Notes: a model not told the origin generated them from the sequence alone. A DNA stretch of 64,000 nt from Octopus sinensis (GCF_006345805.1 NC_043002.1:119784001-119848000); one strand, 5' to 3'. Shown: positions 1-13,062, counted from the first letter of the stretch. Made by a program: numbers and translations.

Positions 1-159
1 TTTGCCTTTCCCTTGGATAACACTGGTGGCGTGAAGAGGGGAGGCCGGTATGCATGGGCGACTGCTGGTCTTCCATAAACAACCTTGCCCAGACTTGTGA
101 CTAGGAGGGTAACCTTCTAGGTGCAATCCCATGGTCAGTGTCGTGACCGAAGGGGGTCC
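1..159 (+). mobile_element. 3' part of a SINE-like interspersed repeat, truncated by the window edge
   Basis: Seen: GC-richer block ending in a short GATCC tandem tail. It resembles an octopus SINE 3' region from memory (inference). Single copy here. Confidence 0.45.
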
Positions 160-539
160 CGATCCGATCCGATTTATTATTCTTATACAAGAATGCTGTT
201 GACAGTGACTTCAAAGTTTAGGTCAGCTAAGCCATCTGCTATTGATAAGGCAAGCAGGCAGGCCAACATCCTCCTCACACTGAACGAATAGTCAGTTTGT
301 CGTATACTTACCTATTTGCAATTCAATGGATTGTAGCAACGAAACATGAAGTGTATTTGCTCATGAACAGAACGAATCGCCTGTTTGAGAACCACGAACC
401 TCTGAATCACTATATAAGTTTTGCTTTGTGTAACTTAGTCTGCTCGAATGTGTCTTTCGTAGGTGCATCCGCACAGATGGCTAAGTCCAACATAATTGTG
501 TGCGTAGCGTATACATTTGTTCACGGAGCACTATAGGCT

Positions 540-570
<31 letters not shown>

Positions 571-574
571 ATAT

Positions 575-797
575 CTTTTACTCTTTTACTTGTTTCAGTC
601 ATTTGACTGCGGCCATGCTGGAGCACCGCCTTTAGTCGAGCAAATCGACCCCGGGACTTATTCTTTGTAAGCCCAGTTCTTATTCTATCGGTCTCTTTTG
701 TCAAACCGCTAAGTGACGGGGACGTAAACACACCAGAATCGGTTGTCAAGCAATGCTAGGCGGACAAACACACAAACACACAAACACACACACATAG

Positions 798-830
<33 letters not shown>

Positions 831-1001
831 CATATATACGACAGGCTTCTTTCAGTTTCCGTCTACCAAATCCACTCACAAGGTATTGGTCGGCCCGGGG
901 CTATAGCAGAAGACACTTGCCCAAGATGCCACGCAGTGGGACTGAACCCGGAACCATGTGGCTGGTTAGCAAGCTACTTACCACACAGCCACTCCTGCGC
1001 C
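575..1001 (-). mobile_element. SINE family A (tRNA head, CORE-like domain, internal (TA)n(TG)n, AAAAGAGT tail), full-length copy
   Basis: Seen: reverse complement of the ~430-bp family GGCGCAGGAGTGGCTGTGTGG...CTTGGGCAAGTGTCTT...GACTGAAACAAGTAAAAGAG, repeated more than 15 times in the window. A/B-box-like head. OR2-like assignment is inference. Confidence 0.92.
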
Positions 1002-1418
1002 TATATCTATATGTACCTGTTAGCGTTTGTCTGTATACATCCCTCAGATGTCTATCTCCCTGCATGTATATGTCAGTATGCATGTGCAACTTTTATTTGG
1101 AAATCTGAGCATTTGTATTTTATATTTATCCTGACTCAGAAAGAAAAGTGGATAACTTCCTTTTAACAATTAATGATACAGAGATGAGGGAAGTGAATCA
1201 TATAAACACAGAAAGTTGATAGTTAGGTAACATTCTGAAGTTTCATTGCATGAAAATCGATTTGATTGATTTATTTTTTTAGTACAAGAACTTTTATGTG
1301 TATCTTTTATGTATGCGTTTGTATAATGAATATCTGCATTTCGGTATGCATGTGATTATGCATGTAATTTTGTAAATGTCTAAGAATCCAAAATCGGTGT
1401 CTACGTATGTATGTTAAG

Positions 1419-1524
<106 letters not shown>

Positions 1525-2183
1525 ATGTAGTGTGTCTGTATATGTAGACGTGCGTGTTTCATTTAGCAAGAATATTTATGTTTTATAGAAACAGGAATTA
1601 CGTGCAAATATGGGTTTCTTTGATATGTTGCTTGATATATATATATGTGTGTGTGTATATGCGTGTGTGCATACTTTATGTGCGTGTTTGCGCGTTTGTG
1701 TGTATGTGTGCATGCGTGTGCGTGTGTGTTTGCGTGTGTGAGCGCACGTGTTTAGCGATAAATTTATTTGCAGGTTTTTATTCGAAATGGTATGTAAATG
1801 TAAGTTACAGGTTGAAAAATACGATGAAAGCGCTCATGACATAAAAGTTTCGAGTAATCATTTTTTTTTATATATATTCATATAATTATAAGAATACACG
1901 GTAACATCTTTGATACAGTAGAATATTTTCGTATTCAAAAAATATTCTTGTGCGAATTAATTTTCTTTTAGACAAACACAAATTTTCAAATATTGCTGTA
2001 AATATAATGGTAATACTTGTTTAACGCACATAGTTCTGAATAGATTTATGCCTCTGTGTGTGTATGTAAAAGATATTGCGTGTATGTGTGTGTATACACA
2101 CACCCAAGCGCGCGCATATATATGTATATGTCTCTCTCTATATATATGTCTATATATGTCTATATATATATTATATTATATAT

Positions 2184-2219
<36 letters not shown>

Positions 2220-2539
2220 TACATATATATACATGCATACACATACATATACATACATTCATACGTACATTCATACATATATAGTTACATAATACATGTA
2301 TATTCATATATATTTTTTGTGTCTCTATGTTTCAACAGTTCGACTGTTCGCTAATACTGTCTTCTCAGAATGTATACACATACAATCGCACGTACACACA
2401 TGCATATACACCAACAAGCGTATGTGCACTCATAAACACGCACAGGGATTTTCGTGACCTTTCCATGCTCTAACCGTCTGAAAGCTTTCGCTATGATGAC
2501 GAAAAAACAGATCCAGCAGTTTCTGGCCAATTCTACTTC

Positions 2540-2800
2540 TTCTAAGACATCCGAGTATTTCTCTCCAGCCTAGACGCCACGCAACACCTGTTATCCACAA
2601 GCAAACCACACATCATGTTTCTTTCTTAGAGTCAAGCTTCTCACTTCTTATCTACATCCTTCCCACCACTGAGAACAATACCATGTTTACTTAAATTTCA
2701 ATCCAAATATGGCGTCTACGTCTATGTAGATTTCATTATCCCTGTCTTTCACCGATTTTACCTGTACTTCCAACTTGGCATTGGTGTCTAGTGTCTCCCA
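2540..2800 (+). mobile_element. Degenerate LINE apurinic-endonuclease (APE) fragment
   Basis: Seen: reads IRVFLSSLDATQHLLSTSKPHIMFLS*SQ and FQSKYGVYVYV. These resemble the NIRGL...LFLSETQ and GV..YV APE N-terminal motifs (known motif; clade uncertain). Confidence 0.5.
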
Positions 2801-2868
2801 CTTAATAGTTTATAAGTATATAAGAACATAGCAAAACACACGTGCAACTATATATATATATATGTATG

Positions 2869-2936
<68 letters not shown>

Positions 2937-3377
2937 ATATATATATATCATCGATTAATAAAACAGAAAATAGATGTTTGTTTGATTATGGGGCCGTGGT
3001 CTTGAATCCCTATGTTCTGTTTTTTTTTGCCTCCTGATATATTGTGCTAGAAGTGTTGTTAGTATATTTTGCATAATGGAATATATATATTACTCATTTA
3101 ACAACTGTCATATTTATTTGCTGAACACTGAAGTGGTGGCTTACAATATTATATAACATATTAACAGCAATTATGTACTCCTCGGGGTAATTTGCCGAAA
3201 CTTGCGTATGTTTTAGAAAGTAGTTAATGCCATAATTTTTTCTGTATTTTATTTGCGATCAACACACTAGGTGATCCCGCGGTTCGGCGCCTTAAGTCGC
3301 ACGTCACTGCATATAGGAGTCGAATATGGCACCCAAACTTTATGTGTCACTCTTCACAGCGCATGTATTCTGTAAAC

Positions 3378-3393
3378 ATGAATCAATCAATCA

Positions 3394-3463
<70 letters not shown>

Positions 3464-3472
3464 CTCTATCTC

Positions 3473-3539
<67 letters not shown>

Positions 3540-3660
3540 CTCTATCTATCTATCTATCTGTCTATCTATCTCTCTATCTCTCTATCTCTCTATCTCTCTA
3601 TCTATCTATCTATCTGTCTATCTATCTATCTTTCAGTATGTCTGTCTGTCTGTCTATATG
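3378..3660 (+). repeat. (TATC)n / (TCTG)n microsatellite
   Basis: Seen directly. Confidence 0.97.
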
Positions 3661-4194
3661 TATATATGTCTGTTCTCTGGGTTAAGAGAACCAGGAGTGT
3701 GTATGGTGGGATGAGAAGAGAAACAGATAAGAAAAGCTTTGGTGGTCTTCATTCTCTACCAAAATATTTTTATAATAATATTTATTTATATAATAATTTA
3801 TTTTATTTTTATTTCTAACACATACAGAAAGATGGGGTAAAAAATTGAATGAAGTTTTCAAAGAATAAAGAAAAATAAATATCATCATCACCATCATCAC
3901 CATCATCATCTCACACACACATGAGCTGGAGTGGAGAAAATTAATTTAGGGGTTTTAAATTTATCACAAATTTGTAGGGACATGAGACAGAGCATAGACA
4001 ATGAGCCCAGGTATAGGGTACTTTGAAAAGAAAAGTTACCGGATTTTACTATCATAAATAGAACCAAATATAAAAGAATATATTCAAAGGTGGTAAAAAA
4101 AAAGTTTGGTTTTTTGTAATATTTTTTGTCGTTATGGATTATAGAAAAGTCTTTGAAAATGGATCTCCCTGCTTCTCAATTCTTCAAAAATTGT

Positions 4195-4428
4195 TCAATC
4201 TACTTGCTACATTAGAGTGGTATTTTCCGAAGGTTGTGAGTCTAGTTCGTCTAACTGTTGCTGCTTTTTCTGCCGTCTTTTATAGCCTTCTGGGTTCTTT
4301 ATGCCCCGATATTCTTGGGATTTCTTTCGTTTCTCAGCAGCGTCAGCCATCTGTCCTCTGCGTACCTCCGGGTCAGGGTTCAAATTGGCTTCATCTTCGT
4401 GGTCGTTTTTCCGTAGTATATATATTTC
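4195..4428 (-). pseudogene. SVIP: Processed pseudogene of small VCP/p97-interacting protein
   Basis: Seen: uninterrupted LRKNDHEDEANLNPDPEVRRGQMADAAEKRKKSQEYRGIKNPEGYKRRQKKQQQLDELDSQPSENTTLM*QVD*. It matches the SVIP pattern (PD.E.+R..+AEAAE+R......RGI...LxWxV). The conserved Trp codon is TAG (4207-4209); the natural stop is TGA (4195-4197). No MG start in the homologous part. A-rich tract with AATAAA near 3790-3812. Confidence 0.75.
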
Positions 4429-5338
4429 TATAAATAATACATCTCTGTCTATCCATCTATCTGACTGTATATAGGTGAAATAAGCATCACAGATGATTTG
4501 TCCCACGCCGTAACTGCAAGAGCAACTCAGAGGTTTTGATAGATCGTCTAAAATAATTGCATTGCTGGAAACCCTTCCATATGGTCGTGAGATATCTTAG
4601 GATCACAAGCGTTCTGCCTTTTAAACATGTACGCTTTACCTGAGTGAGGCAGCGTGGACTGAGCTAGTCTTCACCTACATAAGGATTCCACGTATAATAT
4701 CTTACCTAGCATGTGCATATTCGAATATTATGCGTAAGCTTTTCCTCAATATACATGTAAGTAAATGGATCTGATAAATGTTAAACATTTATCATCTAAC
4801 GTAGCTTTTACTAGTTCTTCTATTCCTTGTATATACAAAATTAGCTGATAATAAATTGATTTAATTTGGCTAAATTAGCATGCTAATATGCACTGTAGCT
4901 ACGATCTTCTATTTGACTGAATGTGTATCAAAACTGAATGAATGCACCAGCGCTATATAGAGCGCTGTTGCATCCCTGTTGATTTCGTTCTTTCGTTTAT
5001 TCCAAATGATTTGTGAAGTGCGCGTTTGTGTGGGGAGGATATGTGTGTGTGTGTGTGTGTCCGAGAGTTTTTGCGTTGGCACTAAACAAAGTGCCAAACG
5101 CAGAAAACTATCGGGCCTTGAGACACTCTGTACTTCTAAATATTCATGAAAATGTATGTATGTATGTATGTATGTATGTATGTATGTATGTATGTATGTA
5201 TGTATGTATGTATGTATGTATGTATGTATGCATATATGTATGCATGCATGCATGCATGTATGTATGTATGTATGCATGTATGTATGTATATATATATATA
5301 TATATTATATATATATATATATATATACACATACATGC

Positions 5339-5411
<73 letters not shown>

Positions 5412-5520
5412 ATATTATATAGGGCATTATTACGCGTAAATGCCGCACGCTAGGAGGGACTCTTAAAGTCAAAACTACCAAAATATACACATTGTACCGA
5501 ATGCAAGTCTCAAAGCAAGT

Positions 5521-5952
5521 TATAATGCCTACGCAAATTCCATAAACAATTCCTGAATTGAACTGCGACTGCTGTCAGCCACTGACCATTCAAAATACGA
5601 CCATCAAGGCATTCCCAGATTTCCCCACTCCCTCTCCACATCAGCCTCCTTATTCTTCACCTACCCTACCAAGAACTCAAACGACCTCGAACACACAAGT
5701 GCAAACAAGGGATTCAGAGAAAGGCAGAATGCTACTTATATCTGAACACACTCTACAGAAATATTCTTTTAAAAAAACTTTTCTTCTAATTTTTCTAAAT
5801 TTAATTATTTAATCGTTACAGTTGAAAAGGTCTCAAAATGACCGAAACCGGTTACTGAAAGATTCACTATAAAATTATCTTAGCATTTTCTATTTTTGAC
5901 TTGTTTTTTCATATATATCAACTCGTGTGTTCCTTTCCACCCTTATACATAT
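5521..5952 (+). repeat. 5' pseudo-LTR of the PLE
   Basis: Seen: near-identical to 9826-10256, with roughly ten small differences by eye. Confidence 0.95.
5819..5857 (+). ncRNA. Minimal type I hammerhead ribozyme, 5' pLTR copy, with a 1-nt insertion at the cleavage site
   Basis: Seen: CAG TTGAAAA GGTC tcaaaat GACC GAAA CCGG TTA CTG. One extra T relative to the 3' copy. Confidence 0.65.
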
Positions 5953-8900
5953 CATTAACCCACACGAGATACAGAAAATGCCGACACAAAAACAGACACA
6001 ATCGCCTCATAAATGAAAGAGAAATACTGAAAGAACTCAAGAAAATCAACACAAATTTGTCAACATTTTTGAACAAATTCGACTCGACACATCAACCCAA
6101 TCGAGAGAACAATGAGGAAACAGATACGAAAAATACAACCTCCGAAATTGTCGAAAACCTTGGAAACTTATGCGAAACAATTAGAACATTTTCTCTAACA
6201 ACGCTAACCAAGGACCTCCAAACGCGTCAATATATGGGATCAATACTCTAACAACATACCAAATGAAACAACACATAATACCCAATGGAAACAAATCACT
6301 CAGAGATAGAAAGTTCGCCTTCTGGAAGTTGACCCAAAACACAACAAAGCGGATATATACGAAAAATGGCTCAACCGGACCCCGTTAATCCTCCCACGTA
6401 AATTCCAGTTCAAAGCTATTACAGAGGAACCTGAATCACAAAGGACACCTCAGGGAGAGAATGGCACTGGAAAAAAGGAAAATGGAAATAGAACTTCTGA
6501 AATTGAGGGCCCAAACGAATGAGGAAAATAAAAATCCACCGATGAAGATATCAACGAAGAAATTCGCAAAATGACCCAAGGCCCATATCAAGAGAGGTTC
6601 TCCAAACTATGGAAAGAGGATGTGAAAAAGAAGAACTAAAATCTCTCCAACGCTGGGAGAAAAACGCCATTTGGTTCTCAGACTATGAAGCCGTCTTTCA
6701 AACAGAACACGCCTCCAACAACCCTTTCCAGAAAATAAGAAAACCAAAACAACCACCCCAACACGATACACACCTGTCTAAAAATCGGAACCTTCACTAC
6801 TTTCAAAAAAAGAATACAGGACCTAACCCTAACTCTGAGCAGCCAGCGTTACAATATCAGGAATACCCCCACTTCAAGCAGAGAAAGGATAAATCAACAC
6901 CCACAGCATAGACACTGCAACCTTATCCCCACCCAAAAGAGTTACCAACGAAATCTCCGCCCCATAAACCGGTTAAACAACCATGCACAACAAACCCACT
7001 CCACTTACAATGATTACCAACGAAGGCCTCCTAGAACACCACACCCGAATATGGGATATCGGGATGCTCTCCTCAATACTCCTCCAAGTACACACACCAT
7101 AAATCACAACAGGAGACCCCACATCAACAAAGAACAACTATATAATAGCTACCGTCCCAACCACCGCATTCATTTTTTAGACCCAATACGCAAACACAGA
7201 GACACAAGATAGCACCAAACAAGCAGGAGGAACCAAAAGTAATAAAACTATCAATCTAACTCACAAGGAACTAACAGCAAACCAAATAAACATACTTTCC
7301 AAAGGACTCAAGTTTACACCCACCCCACAACACCCCAACTACAACGAAATGAAAGAAGACATCGCAGAATTCTGCAGAAAATTAAGACTTACTGAGGAGC
7401 TATACGATAAATACAACGAGGACGAATCGTTAGCCAGAAATAGGAGTAACTACACCCCCTCGAAAGGTAAGAACAAAACACTTGATGATTTCTGTGACCA
7501 CATATCTAATTACCCATATCACATATGCACAAACAAAAACACAAACCAAACTTCAGCAAAAAAGAATGGGCTGAGTTGAACAAATTAAAACAAGATAAAA
7601 CAATAACAATCAAGAGGCCGATAAAGGGAGTGCTGTTGTCTTAATGGATACGACATTTTACATAACTTTGGTACTTTCTATGCTGGAAGACACAACATAC
7701 TATGAAAAGGCACAAAACTACAGTCAACAAAAATATATGAGGGAACTAAAATCCATATTAAACCCATACAAAGCAGGGCTCACCGACAAAGAATATGATT
7801 ATATGACCATTTCACAAGTAAAACTAGCCAATTCTACGGTATACCTAAGATCCAAAAGTGAAAAAGTAAGCAACGCATGCAAGATAGCTACAGACAAAAT
7901 AATTAAAGTCCCTAATCCTAATGACCTCAAATTGAGACCCATAATAGCAGGTCCCGCATGCGAAACCCATCGCCTCAGTAACTTTTTAGACACCCTGTTA
8001 AAACCACTCCTCAAACATGTCAAAAGCTATATAAGGGGACGACTTAGATATGCTCAATCACCTACCGAATACTATAAACAAAAACACCATACTGGTATCC
8101 TTCGATGTAGTCAACCTCTACTCCAATATTCCTCCACAAACCTAGGACTAGAGGCAATCCAATTCTGGCTAGAGAATCACGCCAACGAACTACCACACCG
8201 CATCAAAAAAGAATTTGTGATAGAAGGGGTTAAATTCATCCTGGAAAATAACTTCTTCGCCTTCAATGACAACTTCTACCGACAAAATCGGGGACTGCGA
8301 TGGGTACACGAATGGCCCCCTCCTTTGCCACCTAGTCATAGGATACCTAGCGATCAGTCTGTATCGTAAGGTTCTAGAAAGATATGGCAGCCCTTCTCCA
8401 TCTACATAGAAAACAACTGGAAGAGATATCTAGATGACTGTTTCATCCTTTGGCATAAATATAGAAAAACTCATAGAATTCCAGGAAATTTTAAATGGAC
8501 TGGACGTAAACATCCAATTCACGATGGAATATAGCCAGCAACAATCCCCTTCCTCGATATCCTCATTAAGAAAGCTAATAATATAATAGAAACAGACATA
8601 TACTATAAGCCTACAGACTCTAAGCAATATCTTCCATTCAATTCATGCCACCCCAGACACACCAGGATGAATATCCCCTTCAATCTAGCAAAAAGGATAT
8701 GCACTATAGTCTCTAACGCAAACACCAGAGACACACGACTACAAGAACTAAAAGATACCCTTATCACCAGGAACTATCCACCTTCAGTTATTGACAAGTG
8801 CATTCAACGTGCCCTTCAACTTAACATCAAGGAACTGAGACATCCCAAATCAAAGAAAAACTTACAACCAAAAGTCTTACCATACATCTCCACACACAAC

Positions 8901-9490
8901 CCTCTCAATAACGAAGCCTTCGGCACCATCCTCCACAACGTACCCCTCCTAAAAAAAGACCACAGAATGAACACAATCCTCCAAACACACACGATCATAA
9001 AAAGCAAAAGACAGCCTAGATCCATGAAAAGTCTCCTAACACAAGCCCGAATTCACTCTTCAACACAGAAGCCGACAGTAAAAAAATGTGGAAGACCCAA
9101 TTGCGGGATATGCGACTATCTAATTGAGGGATCAGAGTTCTCCTTCAAACAAGGACAACGGTTTACAGTGAAAAGCAACTTCACATGTGCTTCGGAGAAC
9201 CTAATATACTCACTAACCTGCTCCGGGTGTCAAGAGCAGTACATAGGCCAAACAAAAAATGGTTTGCGTAAACGAATGGCCCTGCACAGATCCCAGAAAA
9301 AATTCCCCAAAACAGAAAAATAGCTTTTAGCCAACACATAGATACTTGCGCCAACAAAAAAACACCAAACTTCGGGATTTTCCCCCTCTACAAATTTAGG
9401 GACGATACAACCTCGAGACAACGAATAAGTAAAGAAAATCTCTTTATTACAAAATACAAGCCACTTCTTAACGGGTCTACGACAAACAAT
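5950..9490 (+). pseudogene. PLE ORF (N-terminal domain, RT, GIY-YIG endonuclease) broken by about a dozen indels
   Basis: Seen: ORF-track pieces 7349-7579, 7644-8369 and 8667-9323 carry RT, thumb and GIY-YIG motifs in shifting frames. Confidence 0.9.
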
Positions 9491-9619
9491 TAATATACCT
9501 CAACTTTAGAATAAAAGAAATATATACACACACAAATATTACACTCCATAGAATCCATTACTAATCAGCCCCATCACAGCTATACTTTCACCCATTCATA
9601 TTCTCCCTTCTCTGTTTTT

Positions 9620-9790
9620 TTCTTCTTCTTCTTCCTCTTCTTCTTCATCATCATCATTATCATTATTATCGTCGTCATCATCATCACCACCATCATCACC
9701 ATCATCTTCTCCTTCTTCTTCTTCTTCTTCTTCTTCTCTCATCATCATCATCAACATCGTCATCTTCTTCTTCTTCTTCTACTTCTCCAC
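9620..9790 (+). repeat. (TTC)n/(TCA)n trinucleotide tract in the PLE 3' UTR
   Basis: Seen directly. Confidence 0.9.
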
Positions 9791-9825
9791 CTTCCACCCC
9801 TAACCTTGTCACTAATGTCTTTCAG

Positions 9826-10256
9826 TATAACGCCTACGCAAATTCCATAAACAATTCCTGAATTGAACTGCGACTGCTGTCAGCCACTGACCATTCAAAA
9901 TACGACCATCAAAGCATTCCCAGATTTCCCCACCCCCTCTCCACATCAGCCTCCTTATTCTTCACCTACCCTACCAAGAACTCAAAACGACCTCGAACAC
10001 ACAAGTGCAAACAAGGGAGTCAGAGAAAGGCAGAATGCTACTTATATCTGAACACTACAATAGAAATATTCTTTTAAAAAAACTTTTCTTCTAATTTTTC
10101 TAAATTTAATTATTTAATCGTTACAGTTGAAAAGGTCTCAAAATGACCGAAACCGGTACTGAAAGATTCACTATAAAATTATCTTAGCATTTTCTATTTT
10201 TGACTTGTTTTTTCATATATATCAACTCGTGTGTTCCTTTCCACCCTTATACATAT
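9826..10256 (+). repeat. 3' pseudo-LTR of the PLE
   Basis: Seen: direct repeat of 5521-5952. Confidence 0.95.
10124..10161 (+). ncRNA. Minimal type I hammerhead ribozyme with U3:A8 core variant
   Basis: Seen: stem I CAG/CTG, core TTGAAAA, stem II GGTC/GACC with 7-nt loop, GAAA, palindromic stem III (A)CCGG(T), cleavage triplet GUA ending at 10158. PLE pLTRs are known to carry such minimal HHRs. Confidence 0.78.
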
Positions 10257-10313
10257 ATATATATATATATATATAGATTTATATATATATATATATGTAC
10301 ATATATACATATA

Positions 10314-10897
10314 GGCGCAGGCGTAACTGTGGGGTAAAGAGCTTGCTCCCCAACCACATAGTTCCGGGGTCAGTCCCACTGTGTGGAACCATGGGCAAGT
10401 GTTTCTTGCTATAGCCTCAGGCCGACCAAGGCCTTGTGAGTGGTTTTGACAGACGGAAACTGGAAGAAGCCAGTCGTATATATATATATAATATATATAT
10501 ATAGATTTATATATATATATATATGTACATATATACATATAGGCGCAGGCGTAACTGTGGGGTAAAGAGCTTGCTCCCCAACCACATAGTTCCGGGGTCA
10601 GTCCCACTGTGTGGAACCATGGGCAAGTGTTTCTTGCTATAGCCTCAGGCCGACCAAGGCCTTGTGAGTGGTTTTGACAGACGGAAACTGGAAGAAGCCA
10701 GTCGTATATATATATATATATATATATACATATACAGGTGTGTGTGCCCGTAACTTCACGGTTCGGCCTTAGTGACCGATAGAATAAAGACTACACTTAC
10801 AAAGAATAAGCCCTGAAGTCGATTTCCTCGACTAACACCCTTTAAAGTGGTGTCCCAACATGGTCGAATGACAGAAACAAGTAAAATAATAAAGGAA
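10314..10897 (+). mobile_element. SINE family A, diverged copy whose 5' half is tandemly duplicated (10314-10477, 10542-10705)
   Basis: Seen: two identical heads 228 bp apart, then one 3' half (10737-10897). Confidence 0.88.
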
Positions 10898-11106
10898 TAA
10901 AAGACTATATGTGTATGTGGCTGTGTGTTTGTTTACGTAAGTGTGCATGGACACGCATGCAATGCACAAAGGCGCACAAACGCTTAAACACCCATGCACA
11001 TACGTAGGCAGGGATTTCTTTAGCCACAAAACAAACACACACACACACACATACACACACACACACACATGCACGCAAGACTACTTGATTTCATTAAACA
11101 AATGAA

Positions 11107-11530
11107 GGCGGAGGAGTGGCTGTGTAGTAAGTAGCTTGCTAACCAACCACATGGTTCCGGGTTCAGTCCCACTGCGTGGCACCTTGGGCAAGTGTCTTCT
11201 GTTATAGCCCCGGGCCGACCAATGCCTTGTGAGTGGATTTGGTAGACGGAAACTGAAATAAGCCGTCGTATATATGTATATATATATATGTATGTGTGTG
11301 TGTTTGTGTGTCTGTGTTTGTGTGTCTGTGTTTGTCCTCCCAACAATGCTTGACAACCGATGCTGGTGTGTTTACGTCCCCGTTACTTAGCGGTTCGGCA
11401 AAAGAGACCGATAGAATAAGTACTGGGCTTACAAAAGAATAAGTTCCGGGGTCGATTTGCTCGACTAAAGGCGGTGCTCCAGCATGGCCGCAGTCAAATG
11501 ACTGAAACAAGTAAAAGAGTAAAAGAGTAA
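11107..11530 (+). mobile_element. SINE family A, full-length
   Basis: Seen: matches the family consensus. Confidence 0.92.
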
Positions 11531-13062
11531 ATGAGAAAAAAAAAAGAAAAATGTGTGTGTTAGAGAAAGAGAATGAGGGAGAGCGGGAGATGTGAAGAAA
11601 GGGGATAGGTATGGAGAGATATTCAATTTATACATTATGCAGTGCTCTTTGCAATCATCACAATCAATTAAGTCTACATTCATTTAGACTGTGGCAAACC
11701 TCTCGTCATACGGTTGCCGCTTCTTGTTACTAAACATATCGTGAATTCTATTTTCTGAACACAAATAAATTACTTCTGAATACTCTGATGACAACGTGAA
11801 CTAAATAGGAATAAACTAATGAATGATTAGTTGAATAGTATTATTTTGTTTCCGTTACTTGTAGTTACTCAAGCCGGGTTTACCTAGTACAAATCATGCT
11901 GCCATGAAAATCTGCACTGTACGTAAGACGACTTCACTGTCATTTGATGAGTATTTCACCTGGACACACAGTCTGGACACACACGCACACGCACACGCAC
12001 ACACGCACGTACACACACGCGCACACACACCCGCATACCCTCAAGCTCTCAATACAGTGCTCACAGAGAGAAACACACTCACATACACACAAACACACAA
12101 ACACATAGACACTTAGATATAACATAGCAAAATGATTATCAGATAATGAGAGCGCTAATTAAAATTAAGATAAAAAGGTGTAAATTAAATAGGAACAATA
12201 ATAAATTTCCAACGTTGGTTACATAATATATGTGCGTGCGCGCGCTTGTGTGTGTGTTTGTGTATGTGTGTTTAAGAGATGTATATATGCCATAGAGTTG
12301 TGAATAAATTCTACAAAGCACCCAACTTAGTAATATCTTAGTAAACATTTTACCAGTTAATGGAAATAACCAAATCACTCAGCTCAAATCACTCTTCGGC
12401 TTGCATATAAAGTATATCAACGCGAAAATCGTGTGCATTCTCTTCTGATAACCCCTGACTCCATAACTTTTACTTCCAAGTCCAGAAACAGTCAAATTTT
12501 CTGTTAGGATAATGCTCATGGAATTCAATATGGAACTTCATCAGTTGAAAGTGAAAGAGTTTTCAGATATGTAAACTATTGTTTTAACACAGAAGCCAGT
12601 GTGTGATAATAGAACACTTACAAGAATAACGGAAACTTCTGAACTCCATTTCTTGTTGTAATGTAAATTTGATTAAAAAATATCATAAATAAAACATCAA
12701 TCTGCCAAAATGAAAGTAAATATTATTTGCTTATATACTATTTATTGAATTATAACCTTTCAAATACATTTTATAATTGAAATTGGAAAATACATCTTGC
12801 GGAATAATAAATTTGATAAAAATCTACATTGAAGAAAATATTTCTCGAGCATGGATGTACAAAATATCCCAATGCTAACATCAAATTAAACATTCGATAA
12901 GTGTTTCTGTTCGTGTAAGAAATATATCTACGCAAGATTGTTCATAAAACTGCCAATATAGTTTATGTGTTTGTGAAAACTACGATCATGATAAGGATTC
13001 CTGACGAAACAGCTTTAGGAAAAAGGTTCCATACTTTAACCTGAGCTCGTTTGTCGGTGAGT

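Larger units (their letters stand above)
5521..10256 (+). mobile_element. Penelope-like retroelement (Neptune-like), near full length, frameshifted
   Basis: Seen: ~430-bp direct repeats at both ends. Fragmented ORF with ILSKGLKFTPTP, ADKGSAVVLMD, LRPIIAGPACETHRLSNFLD, WKRYLDDCFI, YKPTDSKQYLPFNSCHP, linker CGRPNCGIC and GIY-YIG NLIYSLTCSGCQEQYIGQT. Neptune assignment from the Cys linker is inference. Confidence 0.95.

Noticed and set aside
312-530. Strong minus-strand donor AG|GTAAGTAT at 312
   Set aside because: Upstream frames contain stops and there is no clear acceptor. It could be a UTR exon but is unsupported.
5558-10051. Duplicated ORFs MNCDCCQPLTIQ... (5558-5812, 9863-10051)
   Set aside because: They lie within the two pLTRs, start at TTG and diverge by frameshift.
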